Of a DNA stretch of 64,000 bases, positions 19,920-29,994 are shown piece by piece. Position numbers and translations under genes: made by a program. The notes under the pieces were generated by a model that had not been told where the DNA came from, searched no databases, and saw nothing but the letters and a program-made list of their open reading frames with translations. Each line of letters starts with the position of its first letter. The first letter of the stretch is position 1. This stretch comes from a bacterium (GTDB taxonomy: Bacteria; Bacteroidota; Bacteroidia; Bacteroidales; UBA1402). The DNA lies in the NCBI GenBank assembly GCA_963617485.1, contig CAVEPA010000002.1:21620-85619 (forward strand). The letters are read 5' to 3'.

Positions 19920-21155
19920 ATGAACACAGTTTTATCCGAATTTGTACAGGCACATTTGGACGATGATTTGTGTGAGCTGGCTTTGAAAGGGTCACGCTAT
20001 CCGCAGATAGATATGCCTCAAGCTCTGGTGCAGATAGCCGGGTATCAGGCCATCCGGCAGAAGGTGCCGCAATGGTACGCCTACCCGGATTTGTGTTTTC
20101 CGCCCAAACTCTCATTGGAACAAGCATCGTCCGAAACCACGGCTCAGTATAAAAAGTCTGTGGTGGAACGCTTGTTGCCATCAGAGCGGCGCAACTTGGG
20201 CTTCGATTTGACGGGCGGTCTGGGTGTAGACACCTATTATTTGTCGGAACTTTTCCAGCAATATGTCTATGTGGAGCAACAAGAATCGCTGAGCCAATGT
20301 GCGCGGCACAATTTCGATGTTTTGCACCGCCCACAGGTGCAAGTAAGGTGCGGTACCGCCGAAGAGACTTTGCGCAACACCGACCACGCCGACTTTATTT
20401 ATCTTGACCCGGCCCGGCGCGACAACAATGGTCACAAGGTCTTTGCCCTGCAAGATTGCAGCCCCGATCTCACATTGTTGTTGCCGTTGTTGCGCGAAAA
20501 ATGCTCCCTGTTGATGCTGAAGCTTTCGCCCATGTTGGATATCAGCCAAACGCTGGCCCAATTGGGGAATGTGGACGAATGTCATGTGCTGGCCCTCGAC
20601 AACGACTGCAAAGAACTTCTGATGGTGTTGCACTTCGATGGAAAAGACAAGGACACCCGCTTGTACACGCGCAATTTCCGCCACAATGCTTCCACCCAAT
20701 GTTTCGACTGTTTCCGCCAAGAAGAGAGAACTTCTCAGGCAACCTTACTGGCATCGGACAATCCTTGGTTCAAGAACGCAAGCCTGCCCGACGAACCGCT
20801 GTATCTGTACGAACCCAATGCAGCCCTGATGAAAGCAGGCACCTACAAACTATTGTCACAGCGCTATGGTCTGCTAAAACTGCATCAGCACACACATCTG
20901 TATTTGTCCGACCGTCTGGTGGATGGTTTTCCGGGCCGGATATTCCGTCTTGTCGAGATTCTTGCACCATCGTCCAAGGCAAGCAAACTGCGATTGCAAC
21001 AGCTAAGCAAGGCCAACCTGGCTTGTCGCAACTATCCCGAAACAGTAGAAGCCCTTCGTAAAAAATATCGTCTGAAAGAAGGCGGACAAAACTACATATT
21101 TGCAGTCACCCTTGCCGATAACCAACGGCTTTTCCTGCTCTGCGAAAAGATTTAA
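19920..21155 (+). CDS. Class I SAM-dependent methyltransferase with a THUMP-like C-terminal region (tentative)
   Basis: First ATG is at 19920; the track start at 19896 is a TTG. MTase-like core DLTGGLGVDTYYL ... FIYLDPARR. Confidence 0.6.
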   Translation: MNTVLSEFVQAHLDDDLCELALKGSRYPQIDMPQALVQIAGYQAIRQKVPQWYAYPDLCFPPKLSLEQASSETTAQYKKSVVERLLPSERRNLGFDLTGGLGVDTYYLSELFQQYVYVEQQESLSQCARHNFDVLHRPQVQVRCGTAEETLRNTDHADFIYLDPARRDNNGHKVFALQDCSPDLTLLLPLLREKCSLLMLKLSPMLDISQTLAQLGNVDECHVLALDNDCKELLMVLHFDGKDKDTRLYTRNFRHNASTQCFDCFRQEERTSQATLLASDNPWFKNASLPDEPLYLYEPNAALMKAGTYKLLSQRYGLLKLHQHTHLYLSDRLVDGFPGRIFRLVEILAPSSKASKLRLQQLSKANLACRNYPETVEALRKKYRLKEGGQNYIFAVTLADNQRLFLLCEKI

Positions 21156-21190
21156 AAAATCTCGTCATGGCGGACGACACTCGCAAGAAC

Positions 21191-21233
21191 GAAAAGAAGC
21201 CGAGTGAAAAAGTTTTTCTCTCGGCTTCTTTTC
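21191..21233 (+). terminator. Rho-independent terminator after the methyltransferase gene
   Basis: Perfect 14-bp stem gaaaagaagccgag (21191-21204) / ctcggcttcttttc (21220-21233), with a T-rich 3' arm and tail. The GTG the track used as the start of the next ORF (21204) lies inside it. Confidence 0.65.
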
Positions 21234-21248
21234 TCGCTTCAATCGCAC

Positions 21249-21256
21249 TACCTTTG
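21249..21256 (+). promoter_or_regulatory. Candidate -7 promoter box (TAccTTTG)
   Basis: TAnnTTTG 16 nt upstream of ATG 21273. Confidence 0.45.
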
Positions 21257-21272
21257 TTTCAAATTTTGGGAA

Positions 21273-24248
21273 ATGGACAAGTTTGAGACAGATTTGGAGC
21301 AAATGGAGATACGCGACTCCTTCTCCAAATTGATGGTAAAACGCGTTTACAACATTCTGCTCATCGCCAGCAAGTACGACTCCTTTATTCTGGAGGAAGA
21401 CGGACGCATCGACGAAAGGATTTTCAACGAATACACATCGCTTAACCTACGCTATCCACCGCGATTTACCCAGGTCACCAACATAGATGCCGCCATTGAG
21501 GCCATGCAGAAGAACAACTTCGAGCTGATTATCTGCATGCCGGGCGACAAAAGCAAACAGGCCTTCGAAGAAGCCAAACACATCAAAGAGGCCGGGCCCA
21601 ATGTGCCGATTGTCATGCTGACGCCCTTCTCGCGCGAAGTATCCCAATATTTGGCCAATGCCGACACCTCGGCCATCGACTATGTGTTCAGCTGGCTGGG
21701 CAACACCGACCTGCTGCTGGCCATCGTCAAGCTGATGGAAGACAAGATGAACGTCGAAGAAGACGTGAATAACGTTGGCGTTCAGGTGATTATGTTGGTA
21801 GAAGACTCCATCCGCTTTTATTCATCCATTCTGCCAGACCTGTACAAATATGTGCTGGAGCAGTCGCGCAACTTCTCTACCGAAGCCTTGAATGCTCATC
21901 ACAGAACCTTGCGTATGCGCGGGCGTCCAAAAATTCTGCTGGCCCGAAGCTACGAAGAAGCCGTTTCCATCTACGACACATACAAAGACAATATGCTGGG
22001 TGTCATCACCGATGTCAGCTTTACGCGCGAAGGCGAGAAAGACCCCCATGCCGGTAGCCGACTTGCCGAATACCTGCGTTCCAACGACCCCGTGCTGCCC
22101 ATCATCATCGATTCGTCGGAGGCGGCCAACAAAGAGATTGCCAATGGTCCCGAAATGGCCTTTATCCAGAAAGGCTCCAAGACTTTCCCGCAAGAATTGC
22201 GCCAGCGTATGACCGAGCTTTTCGGTTTCGGCGACTTTGTGTTCCGCGACCCCAAAACCGGCAAGGAAGTGGCCCGCATCCACGATTTGCAGGAACTGCA
22301 GAACGCCATCTTCAATATTCCCGACGATTCGCTGCGTTATCACTTCGAGCGCAACCATGCTTCGCGCTGGCTGTTTTCGCGCGCCATGTTCTCCATAGGA
22401 CGCTTTATCAAGCAGATTCCCATTCAAGCTTTTACCGACACCATGCCCGTCAGGAAGATGCTGTTCGATGCCATCGTCAAGTACCGCAAGATAAAGAACG
22501 AGGGCGTCATTGCCGAGTTCAAGAAGGGCAAATTCGACAAGTATTCCAACTACGCACGCATCGGTGAGGGTTCACTGGGCGGCAAGGCCCGAGGATTGGC
22601 TTTCTTGAGTGCCATGATAAAGAGACATCCGGAGTTGAACCGTTTCGAAGACACCAAGGTGATGATTCCCAAGACTTTGGTTCTCTGCACCAACGTGTTC
22701 GACGAGTTTATGGAACAGAATCATCTCTACGACATCGCACTGCAAGACCTACCCAACGAAGAAATATTGGATGCTTTCCGCCAGGCCCATCTGCCCGAGA
22801 TGCTTTTCGACGATTTGGTAGCCTTTATCAATGTGGTGAAGAAGCCTATTGCCGTGCGCTCGTCTAGTTTGCTAGAAGATGCTCATTACCAGCCATTTGC
22901 AGGCGTATACTCCACCTACATGGTTCCTTACGACGAAGACCCCAAGGTGATGCTGAAGATGGTGCGTACCGCCATCAAAGGTGTTTACGCTTCGGTGTTC
23001 TTCGAACAGAGCAAGGCCTATATGACCGCCACCTCCAACGTTATCGACCAGGAAAAGATGGCTGTCGTTATTGAAGAAGTGTGCGGCAACACTTACGGCG
23101 ACCGCTTTTATCCCACTTTTTCCGGCGTAGCCCGCTCGCTCAATTTCTACCCTATCGGACAGGAAGAAAGCACCGACGGTATCGCCAACGTAGCGCTGGG
23201 CCTTGGCAAATATATCGTTGACGGTGGCCTGACGCTACGCTTCTCGCCCAAGCATCCCAACCACATCCTACAGATGAGCACCACCGACTACGCCCTACGC
23301 GAAACACAGACCTCGTTTCTGGCCCTCGACATGAGCAACAAGGACAGTCATCTGCCCGTCGATGACGGCTTCAACCTGCTCCGTCTGCCCATCAAGGAAG
23401 CCGAGCAGGACGGCACGCTCGCCCATATCGCCTCTACCTTCGACCCTTACGACCAAGTGATACGCGACGGCCTTTGGGATGGCGGACGCAAGATTATCTC
23501 CTTTGCACATGTGCTGGAAAACAACACCTTCCCCTTAGCGGAATTGCTCTCGACCATTCTCAAACTGGGCGAAGAAGAGATGGGACGTCATATCGAAATA
23601 GAATTTGCCGTCAACCTCGACACGCACGACTATGAAAAGAAGCACACCTTCTATCTGCTGCAAATCAGGCCTATCGTCGACAGCAAGGAACAGATTACCG
23701 AAGACCTGAACAGCATTCCCAAGGAGCAGTTGCTCATGCGCACCAACTTTGCACTCGGACAAGGCATCACCAATGAGATTTCAGATATTGTGTATATCAA
23801 CCCTGAAGAGTTTTCTGGCTCGCACAACCAGCTTTGCGCCTATGAGGTTGACAAGATAAACAAGAAACTCACCCAAGAAGGACGTACCTATGTGCTTATC
23901 GGCCCGGGACGTTGGGGTTCGAGCGATCCATGGCTGGGCATTCCTATCCGTTGGCCCAATATCGCCTCGGCAAGACTTATCGTTGAGACCAGCCTCAACA
24001 AGTACCAGATAGACCCGAGTCAGGGTACCCATTTCTTCCAAAATCTGACCTCCTTTGGCGTGCATTACTATACCCTGCCGCATGCCCAGGACGATTTGAA
24101 TTTCCTTGACATGAACTATCTGAACAACCTTGAGCCCTTATATCAAGACAAGTATCTGAAACACTACCGTTTTGACAAGCCTCTGGTAGTCAAAACAGAT
24201 GGTAAAAAGGGCATTGGGGTGCTGATGTTGCCTACGGCCGGCGAGTAA
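21273..24248 (+). CDS. PEP/pyruvate-binding (PPDK_N, ATP-grasp) domain protein with two N-terminal receiver-like modules
   Basis: GEGSLGGKARGLAFL and AVRSSSLLED are typical of the PEP synthase/PPDK nucleotide-binding domain. GPGRWGSSDPWLGIP is near the C-terminus. The N-terminal ~330 aa show two CheY-like alternating patterns. No TSHAA-type phosphohistidine motif was seen. Confidence 0.7.
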   Translation: MDKFETDLEQMEIRDSFSKLMVKRVYNILLIASKYDSFILEEDGRIDERIFNEYTSLNLRYPPRFTQVTNIDAAIEAMQKNNFELIICMPGDKSKQAFEEAKHIKEAGPNVPIVMLTPFSREVSQYLANADTSAIDYVFSWLGNTDLLLAIVKLMEDKMNVEEDVNNVGVQVIMLVEDSIRFYSSILPDLYKYVLEQSRNFSTEALNAHHRTLRMRGRPKILLARSYEEAVSIYDTYKDNMLGVITDVSFTREGEKDPHAGSRLAEYLRSNDPVLPIIIDSSEAANKEIANGPEMAFIQKGSKTFPQELRQRMTELFGFGDFVFRDPKTGKEVARIHDLQELQNAIFNIPDDSLRYHFERNHASRWLFSRAMFSIGRFIKQIPIQAFTDTMPVRKMLFDAIVKYRKIKNEGVIAEFKKGKFDKYSNYARIGEGSLGGKARGLAFLSAMIKRHPELNRFEDTKVMIPKTLVLCTNVFDEFMEQNHLYDIALQDLPNEEILDAFRQAHLPEMLFDDLVAFINVVKKPIAVRSSSLLEDAHYQPFAGVYSTYMVPYDEDPKVMLKMVRTAIKGVYASVFFEQSKAYMTATSNVIDQEKMAVVIEEVCGNTYGDRFYPTFSGVARSLNFYPIGQEESTDGIANVALGLGKYIVDGGLTLRFSPKHPNHILQMSTTDYALRETQTSFLALDMSNKDSHLPVDDGFNLLRLPIKEAEQDGTLAHIASTFDPYDQVIRDGLWDGGRKIISFAHVLENNTFPLAELLSTILKLGEEEMGRHIEIEFAVNLDTHDYEKKHTFYLLQIRPIVDSKEQITEDLNSIPKEQLLMRTNFALGQGITNEISDIVYINPEEFSGSHNQLCAYEVDKINKKLTQEGRTYVLIGPGRWGSSDPWLGIPIRWPNIASARLIVETSLNKYQIDPSQGTHFFQNLTSFGVHYYTLPHAQDDLNFLDMNYLNNLEPLYQDKYLKHYRFDKPLVVKTDGKKGIGVLMLPTAGE

Positions 24249-24254
24249 GCGGGT

Positions 24255-25187
24255 CTATTGCCTTTGCGAAGTGAATTTGTCGAGCACGCGGGCACTGTAG
24301 GTTTTGGAAACCGGTATTTCGGGGATGTGGTCGTTGTCGAGGTCGAGCATAAGGCCGTCCTCGCATTTGCGCAAGAGTTTCACCTTGTCGAGATTCACCA
24401 TGTAGGAGCGGTGACAACGCATCATCAGGCGGTCGCCTATCTGCTCGTCGAGGCTCTTCATAGAGTTGCGCAGCATAAAGTGTTCCAGCCGGCCTTTCAT
24501 CATGTAGTAAATCTTCACGTAGTTGTCGGCAGACTCGATGTAATAGAGACTGTTCTTGTCGATAGACAGGCGAAGATCGCCCTTTTCATCGTAGAAACAC
24601 ACCATTTCGTTGCGGGGCTTGGTCCTTTCCTTCTCCCTTTCGTTTTCGCTCTGGCTGTGTTTTTCCCTAAGTTGTATCAATTGGTTGGTCTTGTCTTTGA
24701 GCGCAAAATACAACCACATGATGGTATAGGGAATCAGCAGCACCAGTGAGGTTTTCTTGATGGCACCCAAAAAGCTGCTTGCCAACCGGAGAGGAACATC
24801 TATCTTGTTGAAACGTTCCAGCACAAATACGGTGAAAAGGGAGAAAATGACACCCATCACCGCTATCTCCAGCAGAATAAAGCCGGCATAGCCGAAATAC
24901 GTTACCGTATGTCTCTTGGCGTAATAATAAAGCAGGATACGGCTGATGGCAATAACACACATACCGGCCAGCGTCACCAAGCTGGAGTAGAAGAAATAGA
25001 CGAAGGAATCGGCTTCGCGGCCAAAGCGGCCGGCCCAGATACCGGAGTTGAAAGGCTGGTAGAGGTTCAGGAAAAGCAAAGCGAAGACGGCCGTGAAAAC
25101 CGTCAAGCGAACCACATTACCCTTCTTGTTTAGATAGGAAGGAATGGCGAAAGGCGTCTGTTTTGGGGCGCTGTCCGTTGGATTCAT
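24255..25187 (-). CDS. Membrane-anchored LytTR-family DNA-binding protein
   Basis: ATG 25187. Several hydrophobic helices are followed by the C-terminal LytTR pattern LRLSIDKNSLYYIESADNYVKIYY...CHRSYMVNLDKV. Confidence 0.75.
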   Translation of the reverse strand: MNPTDSAPKQTPFAIPSYLNKKGNVVRLTVFTAVFALLFLNLYQPFNSGIWAGRFGREADSFVYFFYSSLVTLAGMCVIAISRILLYYYAKRHTVTYFGYAGFILLEIAVMGVIFSLFTVFVLERFNKIDVPLRLASSFLGAIKKTSLVLLIPYTIMWLYFALKDKTNQLIQLREKHSQSENEREKERTKPRNEMVCFYDEKGDLRLSIDKNSLYYIESADNYVKIYYMMKGRLEHFMLRNSMKSLDEQIGDRLMMRCHRSYMVNLDKVKLLRKCEDGLMLDLDNDHIPEIPVSKTYSARVLDKFTSQRQ

Positions 25188-25217
25188 CTTTGTGTAAACT
25201 TCTCCGTAATAAGAAGA

Positions 25218-25225
25218 CAAAAGTA
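25218..25225 (-). promoter_or_regulatory. Candidate -7 promoter box (TActTTTG) for the LytTR gene
   Basis: TAnnTTTG on the minus strand, 30 nt upstream of ATG 25187, flanked upstream by an A9 run (T9 on plus, 25228-25236). Confidence 0.45.
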
Positions 25226-25300
25226 CATTTTTTTTTCATATCACCATCGACTTTGCTAATTTTACGCGCTTCAAAAAAGCCTATCACCAGCGTATTTCCT

Positions 25301-26212
25301 ATGAAATTCGAAGACCACGGACCACAGACCCAAGCACAAGGCACGCATCTGGTTGTCAAACAAGAACAAAGCCTCGACGAGTTGCTGCAACACCATATGC
25401 AGGGACGCAGCAAGTCCGCGCTGAAAAAACTCTTGCAGAACGGCATGATCAGCATCGACGGACAGACGGCCCACCGCTTGGACGAGCCACTACAGAGCGG
25501 GCAGAAGGTCTTTATCGGCAAAAAGCAGGACTTCCAGTTTCCCCAAGGCTTGCGCATTGTTTGGGAAGATGCCTGGCTGATTATCGTCAAAAAGGAAAGC
25601 GGGCTGCTCACTGTCAAGACTCGCTCGGAAAACGAACGCACCGCCGAGGAATACCTGAACCAGTACATGCAGTTCAAGAAGGCGGGCGACCGCATCTATG
25701 TGGTCCACCGCATCGACCGTGACACCAGCGGCATCCTGGTTTTCGCCAAAACCCTGAAAGCCAGAGATATCCTAAGAACCAACTGGCACGACATCGTGGA
25801 AAGCCGTCGCTACATTGCCGTAGTGGAAGGCTGTCTGCGCCCCAGCAAAGGCTGCATCGACACTTGGATGGACGAGAATCCGAAAACGCTCGACATGTAC
25901 GTCTGCCAGCCAGGCCAGGGCAAACGGGCCATTACTCATTACGAGGTACTGCAGTGCAACGGTCGTCATAGCCTGGTGGCTTTGGAGTTGGACACAGGCC
26001 GTCGCAACCAGATTCGCGTTCACATGGAGTATTTGGGGCACCCCATTGCAGGAGACCCGCGCTACCACGCCCAAACCGACCCCTGCAACAGGCTCTGTCT
26101 GCATGCCCAGCAGATAAAATTCAAGCACCCCATCACCGGCGAGATGATGGAGTTCAGCAGCGATATTCCAACAGATTTTCTACGACTGTTCCGCCGACCT
26201 ACATCGCGTTGA
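25301..26212 (+). CDS. RluA-family 23S rRNA pseudouridine synthase
   Basis: ATG 25301; S4-like N-terminus; catalytic motif VVHRIDRDTSGILVFAK. Confidence 0.85.
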   Translation: MKFEDHGPQTQAQGTHLVVKQEQSLDELLQHHMQGRSKSALKKLLQNGMISIDGQTAHRLDEPLQSGQKVFIGKKQDFQFPQGLRIVWEDAWLIIVKKESGLLTVKTRSENERTAEEYLNQYMQFKKAGDRIYVVHRIDRDTSGILVFAKTLKARDILRTNWHDIVESRRYIAVVEGCLRPSKGCIDTWMDENPKTLDMYVCQPGQGKRAITHYEVLQCNGRHSLVALELDTGRRNQIRVHMEYLGHPIAGDPRYHAQTDPCNRLCLHAQQIKFKHPITGEMMEFSSDIPTDFLRLFRRPTSR

Positions 26213-26624
26213 AAACACGCGCGTAATCGAGAATTTGCTTCACCATCGCATACAAACCATTGCTGCGCGTGGGCGAAAGATGTTCTTTCAGTCCGATTTT
26301 ATCGATAAAATACAAGTCGGCCTCCAGAATTTCCTTAGGGCTGCGGCCGCTCAACACTTTCAGCAACAAGAAGACCAAACCCTTGACGATAACCGTGTCG
26401 CTCTCGGCTTTAAAATGCAAAAGGCGGGTTTCCTTGTCAAAATCGGCCACTATCCACACACGGCTTTGACATCCTTCGATAAGATACTGGGGCTTTTTGT
26501 AGGCCTCGTCCAAGGCAGGCAGACCGTTGCCCATATCGATGAGCAGCTGGTATTTGTCCATCCAGTCGTCGAGCAGCGCGAATTCATCGATAATTTCGTC
26601 TTGTATCTGATTGATTGTTTCCAT
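26199..26624 (-). CDS. sufE: Cysteine desulfuration protein SufE
   Basis: 141 aa with the conserved-Cys region IEGCQSRVWI, directly downstream of sufS. Confidence 0.85.
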   Translation of the reverse strand: METINQIQDEIIDEFALLDDWMDKYQLLIDMGNGLPALDEAYKKPQYLIEGCQSRVWIVADFDKETRLLHFKAESDTVIVKGLVFLLLKVLSGRSPKEILEADLYFIDKIGLKEHLSPTRSNGLYAMVKQILDYARVFNAM

Positions 26625-27848
26625 TTATCTGAACATTTTCTGAATTCTCAAAAGAGCCGCCACCAAAGTATCGATTTCATCGACAGTATTGTAGAACGAG
26701 AAAGACGCACGGGCGCAAACCTCCAGCCCCATCGATTCGAGCAGCGGCTGTGCGCAATGGTGACCGGTTCGAATTGCTATGCCCAGTTTGTCGAGCAGCA
26801 AGCCCATATCGTAAGGATGTATGCCATCCACGACAAACGATACCACAGCCCCTTTATGCGCCGAGTTTCCAATGATATGCAGTCCTTCTATCTGTTGCAG
26901 CTTTTCGGTAGCATAATGCAGCAAGATATCTTCTTGAGTGGCAATCTTGTCCATGCCTATCTGCTGCACATACTGTAAGGCTGTGGCAAATGCAGAAGTT
27001 CCGATGAAATCGGGCGTTCCGGCCTCAAATTTATATGGAAGACGGTTGTAGGTGGTATGCGAATAATGCACTTGGTCTATCATCTCGCCGCCGCCCTGAT
27101 AGGGAGGCAGGGCCTCGAGCAGCGCACGTTTGCCGTAAAGCACGCCCAGTCCGGTGGGCCCATACAGCTTGTGGGCCGAAAACGCGAAGAAATCGGCATC
27201 CATGTCCTGCACATCGATGGGCAGATGGGGAGCCGACTGGGCACCGTCTATCAGCACCGGAATGTTGCGTTCGTGCGCCAAGCGAATCATCTCCTTGACG
27301 GGATTTATGGTACCCAACACGTTCGACACCTGAGTCAAGGCCACCAGACGCGTTTTTTCGCTGAGCAGCGAAGTATAGTCATCAAGACGGATATCGCCCT
27401 TTTCATCGAAAGGAATCACCTTCAGCGTCATGCCTTTGCGCTCGCACAGCATTTGCCAAGGCACAAGGTTGGAGTGATGTTCCATGCCCGAGATAAGAAT
27501 CTCGTCGCCCGTGTGGCAGAAGGTTTCACCAAAGGAGAAAGCCACCAAATTGATGGACTCCGTGGTGCCGCGGGTAAAGACAATTTCTTCTCTTTCGGCC
27601 GCATGGATAAAGTCTTTTACAGCATCACGCGCCTGTTCGTGTGCCTGAGTGGCCTGCTGGCTGAGGTAATGCACTCCACGGTGCACGTTAGCGTTGCAGG
27701 TTGCGTAGGCCCGAGAAATAGCATCGATGACCACCTTCGGTTTCTGCGTGGTGGCGGCGTTGTCGAAATACACCAAGGGCCTGCCGTACACCCGGCTCTC
27801 GAGTATGGGAAAGTCGGCGCGAATGCTTTGTATGTCGAAGTCTTGCAT
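26625..27848 (-). CDS. sufS: Cysteine desulfurase SufS
   Basis: PLP-Lys region FSAHKLYGPTG and active-site Cys RTGHHCAQP; 407 aa. Confidence 0.95.
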   Translation of the reverse strand: MQDFDIQSIRADFPILESRVYGRPLVYFDNAATTQKPKVVIDAISRAYATCNANVHRGVHYLSQQATQAHEQARDAVKDFIHAAEREEIVFTRGTTESINLVAFSFGETFCHTGDEILISGMEHHSNLVPWQMLCERKGMTLKVIPFDEKGDIRLDDYTSLLSEKTRLVALTQVSNVLGTINPVKEMIRLAHERNIPVLIDGAQSAPHLPIDVQDMDADFFAFSAHKLYGPTGLGVLYGKRALLEALPPYQGGGEMIDQVHYSHTTYNRLPYKFEAGTPDFIGTSAFATALQYVQQIGMDKIATQEDILLHYATEKLQQIEGLHIIGNSAHKGAVVSFVVDGIHPYDMGLLLDKLGIAIRTGHHCAQPLLESMGLEVCARASFSFYNTVDEIDTLVAALLRIQKMFR

Positions 27849-27867
27849 TTGGGTATTTATTAAGGTT

Positions 27868-29211
27868 CTACGGGCAGATGTCGCATTGGGCGCACTTGGA
27901 CAGTTCGCCTCGGAAGCGTTTGCCGATAAGCATACGCACCCTTTCCTGCAGAGGTTTCAGCTGAATGCGGTCTACCACGTCGGCAGCAAAGGCATATTTG
28001 AGGAACATGCGCGCCTCTTCGGGCGACAGACCGCGCTGACGCATATAGAACAAGGCCGCTTCGTCTATCTGACCCGTGGCAGAACCATGGTTGCAGGTAA
28101 CATCGTCGGCATAGATCTCCAGTTGGGGCTGGCTGTACATATGCGCCTGCTCCGAACAGCAAAGGTTGGCATTCGATTGCAAGGCAACAGTCTTCTGAGC
28201 GTCCGGTTGTACCAGCACCTTGCCCTCGAACACACCTTGCGCGTTCCCATCGAGCACGTATTTGAAAATCTGATTGCTCTGGCAGCCACCACTCTTGTGG
28301 TTAACCAGAATATGGTTGTCGGTCTGCTGGCGACGGCTCAACAGGCTGATGCCCGACAAGTCGACCTTGGCACCGGGAGCATCGAACTGAAGAAAGACGT
28401 TGTTGCGCGTCAGGCCATTTTCCAGACCGATATTGCTCATCAGCAAGTTGGCATCGGGGCCTAGAGAGAGGAAGGTGTTGCTCACGCGGGTGGTGCCGTC
28501 GTGGGTCATTTCCATCTCGTAATACGACAGATTGGCGTTTTTGCCCAAGAAAATTTCGCTTACCTGATTGGAGAAATATCGCGCTTTGGACATGGCGTGG
28601 TCGCAGACGATGAGTTGGGCCGAAGCATCTTCCTCCAATATCACCAGCAAACGTCGTGTAGCCATAATGTCGATGTCGCCTTGAAACATCTGCACCAATT
28701 GCAGGGGCTGCTCGATATGCACACCGGCCGGAACGTAAAGCACGAAGCCGTCTTGCACCAAAGCGGTGTTCAGTGCGGCCAGCGCATCCTTACCTTGCGC
28801 AGCCAAAGCATTGTAGTATTTCTCCAGCAAGTCGGGGTGTTCGTTGAGCAATTGGTTAAGACTGCCGCAAAGCACGCCCTCCGGCAGACTGACGGGCCTT
28901 TTCTTGTTGGGATAGAAAAGGTCGTTCACCACAAAGAACAGGCGCGTGGAGAGCGTTGGCACGTCGCAACGGAACACTTCGCTGGGATGTGCCGGAATGC
29001 CCATACGGTACAGGTTCAGACCATAGTCCACCTCCAGTGCCGGGTCTAGATTGCAATGCCGGTAATCTTCATCCTTGGGACCGGGCAGCCCCAAAGATTC
29101 GAAGAGAGCAAAGGCCTGGTCGCGAGCGCCGTCCAAGGCGCGAGCGGCATTCAGCCTCAGCACTTCGCGATAGTTCTTGAACAGATTACTGTAAGTTTCT
29201 TGTGCTTTCAT
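27868..29211 (-). CDS. sufD: Fe-S cluster assembly protein SufD
   Basis: 447 aa between sufC and sufS, with a SufB/SufD-type beta-helix core by eye. Confidence 0.85.
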   Translation of the reverse strand: MKAQETYSNLFKNYREVLRLNAARALDGARDQAFALFESLGLPGPKDEDYRHCNLDPALEVDYGLNLYRMGIPAHPSEVFRCDVPTLSTRLFFVVNDLFYPNKKRPVSLPEGVLCGSLNQLLNEHPDLLEKYYNALAAQGKDALAALNTALVQDGFVLYVPAGVHIEQPLQLVQMFQGDIDIMATRRLLVILEEDASAQLIVCDHAMSKARYFSNQVSEIFLGKNANLSYYEMEMTHDGTTRVSNTFLSLGPDANLLMSNIGLENGLTRNNVFLQFDAPGAKVDLSGISLLSRRQQTDNHILVNHKSGGCQSNQIFKYVLDGNAQGVFEGKVLVQPDAQKTVALQSNANLCCSEQAHMYSQPQLEIYADDVTCNHGSATGQIDEAALFYMRQRGLSPEEARMFLKYAFAADVVDRIQLKPLQERVRMLIGKRFRGELSKCAQCDICP

Positions 29212-29223
29212 TGCAAGGCCGCG

Positions 29224-29982
29224 TTAATATCCCAATTCCTGCTTTATCCAGTCGTAGCCCTTGGCTTCCAGTTCGGCAGCCAATTCAAAGCCGGCCGTTT
29301 TCACTATTTTGCCTTTGTAAAGCACATGCACCACACTGGGCTTGATATAGTCCAGCAGACGCTGGTAATGCGTAATGACGATGCAGGCCTTTTGGGGCGT
29401 ATGAATCTTGTTCACCCCTTCCGAGACAATGCGCAGCGCATCAATGTCCAGACCGCTGTCCGTTTCGTCCAAGATAGATAAGGTGGGGTCGAGCATAGCC
29501 ATCTGGAAAATTTCGTTGCGCTTCTTCTCACCGCCCGAAAAGCCTTCGTTCACCGAACGGTTGGCCAATTTGCTGTCGAGTTCCACCAAAGCACGCTTCT
29601 CGCGCATCAGTTTCAGGAATTCAGAGGCATTCAAGGCTTCCAGACCACGGTATTTGCGATGCTCGTTCACCGCAGCGCGCATAAAGTTCACCATGCTGAC
29701 ACCGGGGATTTCCACCGGATACTGGAAACTAAGGAAGAGACCTTCGCGCGAGCGCACTTCGGCAGGCATTTCCAGCAGATTCTTGCCCTTGAAATACACC
29801 TCTCCTTCGGTAACCGTGTAAGCGGGATTACCCGTCAAGACGGCCGAGAGTGTACTTTTTCCCGAACCGTTGGGGCCCATGATGGCATGGATTTCACCTT
29901 CATCAACCGTCAGGTCCAAACCTTTGAGAATTTCCTTGTCGCCTATGGATGCGTGCAAGTTCTTTATTTCCAACAAATGCAT
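29224..29982 (-). CDS. sufC: Fe-S cluster assembly ATPase SufC
   Basis: Walker A GPNGSGKST, signature FSGGEKKR, Walker B ILDETDSGLD. Confidence 0.95.
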   Translation of the reverse strand: MHLLEIKNLHASIGDKEILKGLDLTVDEGEIHAIMGPNGSGKSTLSAVLTGNPAYTVTEGEVYFKGKNLLEMPAEVRSREGLFLSFQYPVEIPGVSMVNFMRAAVNEHRKYRGLEALNASEFLKLMREKRALVELDSKLANRSVNEGFSGGEKKRNEIFQMAMLDPTLSILDETDSGLDIDALRIVSEGVNKIHTPQKACIVITHYQRLLDYIKPSVVHVLYKGKIVKTAGFELAAELEAKGYDWIKQELGY

Positions 29983-29994
29983 ATTAGAATCTTT

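Noticed and set aside
25228-25236. T9 (A9 on the minus strand) homopolymer just upstream of the LytTR promoter box, a possible slipped-strand phase-variation tract
   Set aside because: Nine nucleotides is borderline, and similar T/A runs precede other -7 boxes here (for example T8 at 10351-10358). It probably reflects the AT-rich upstream element of these promoters.
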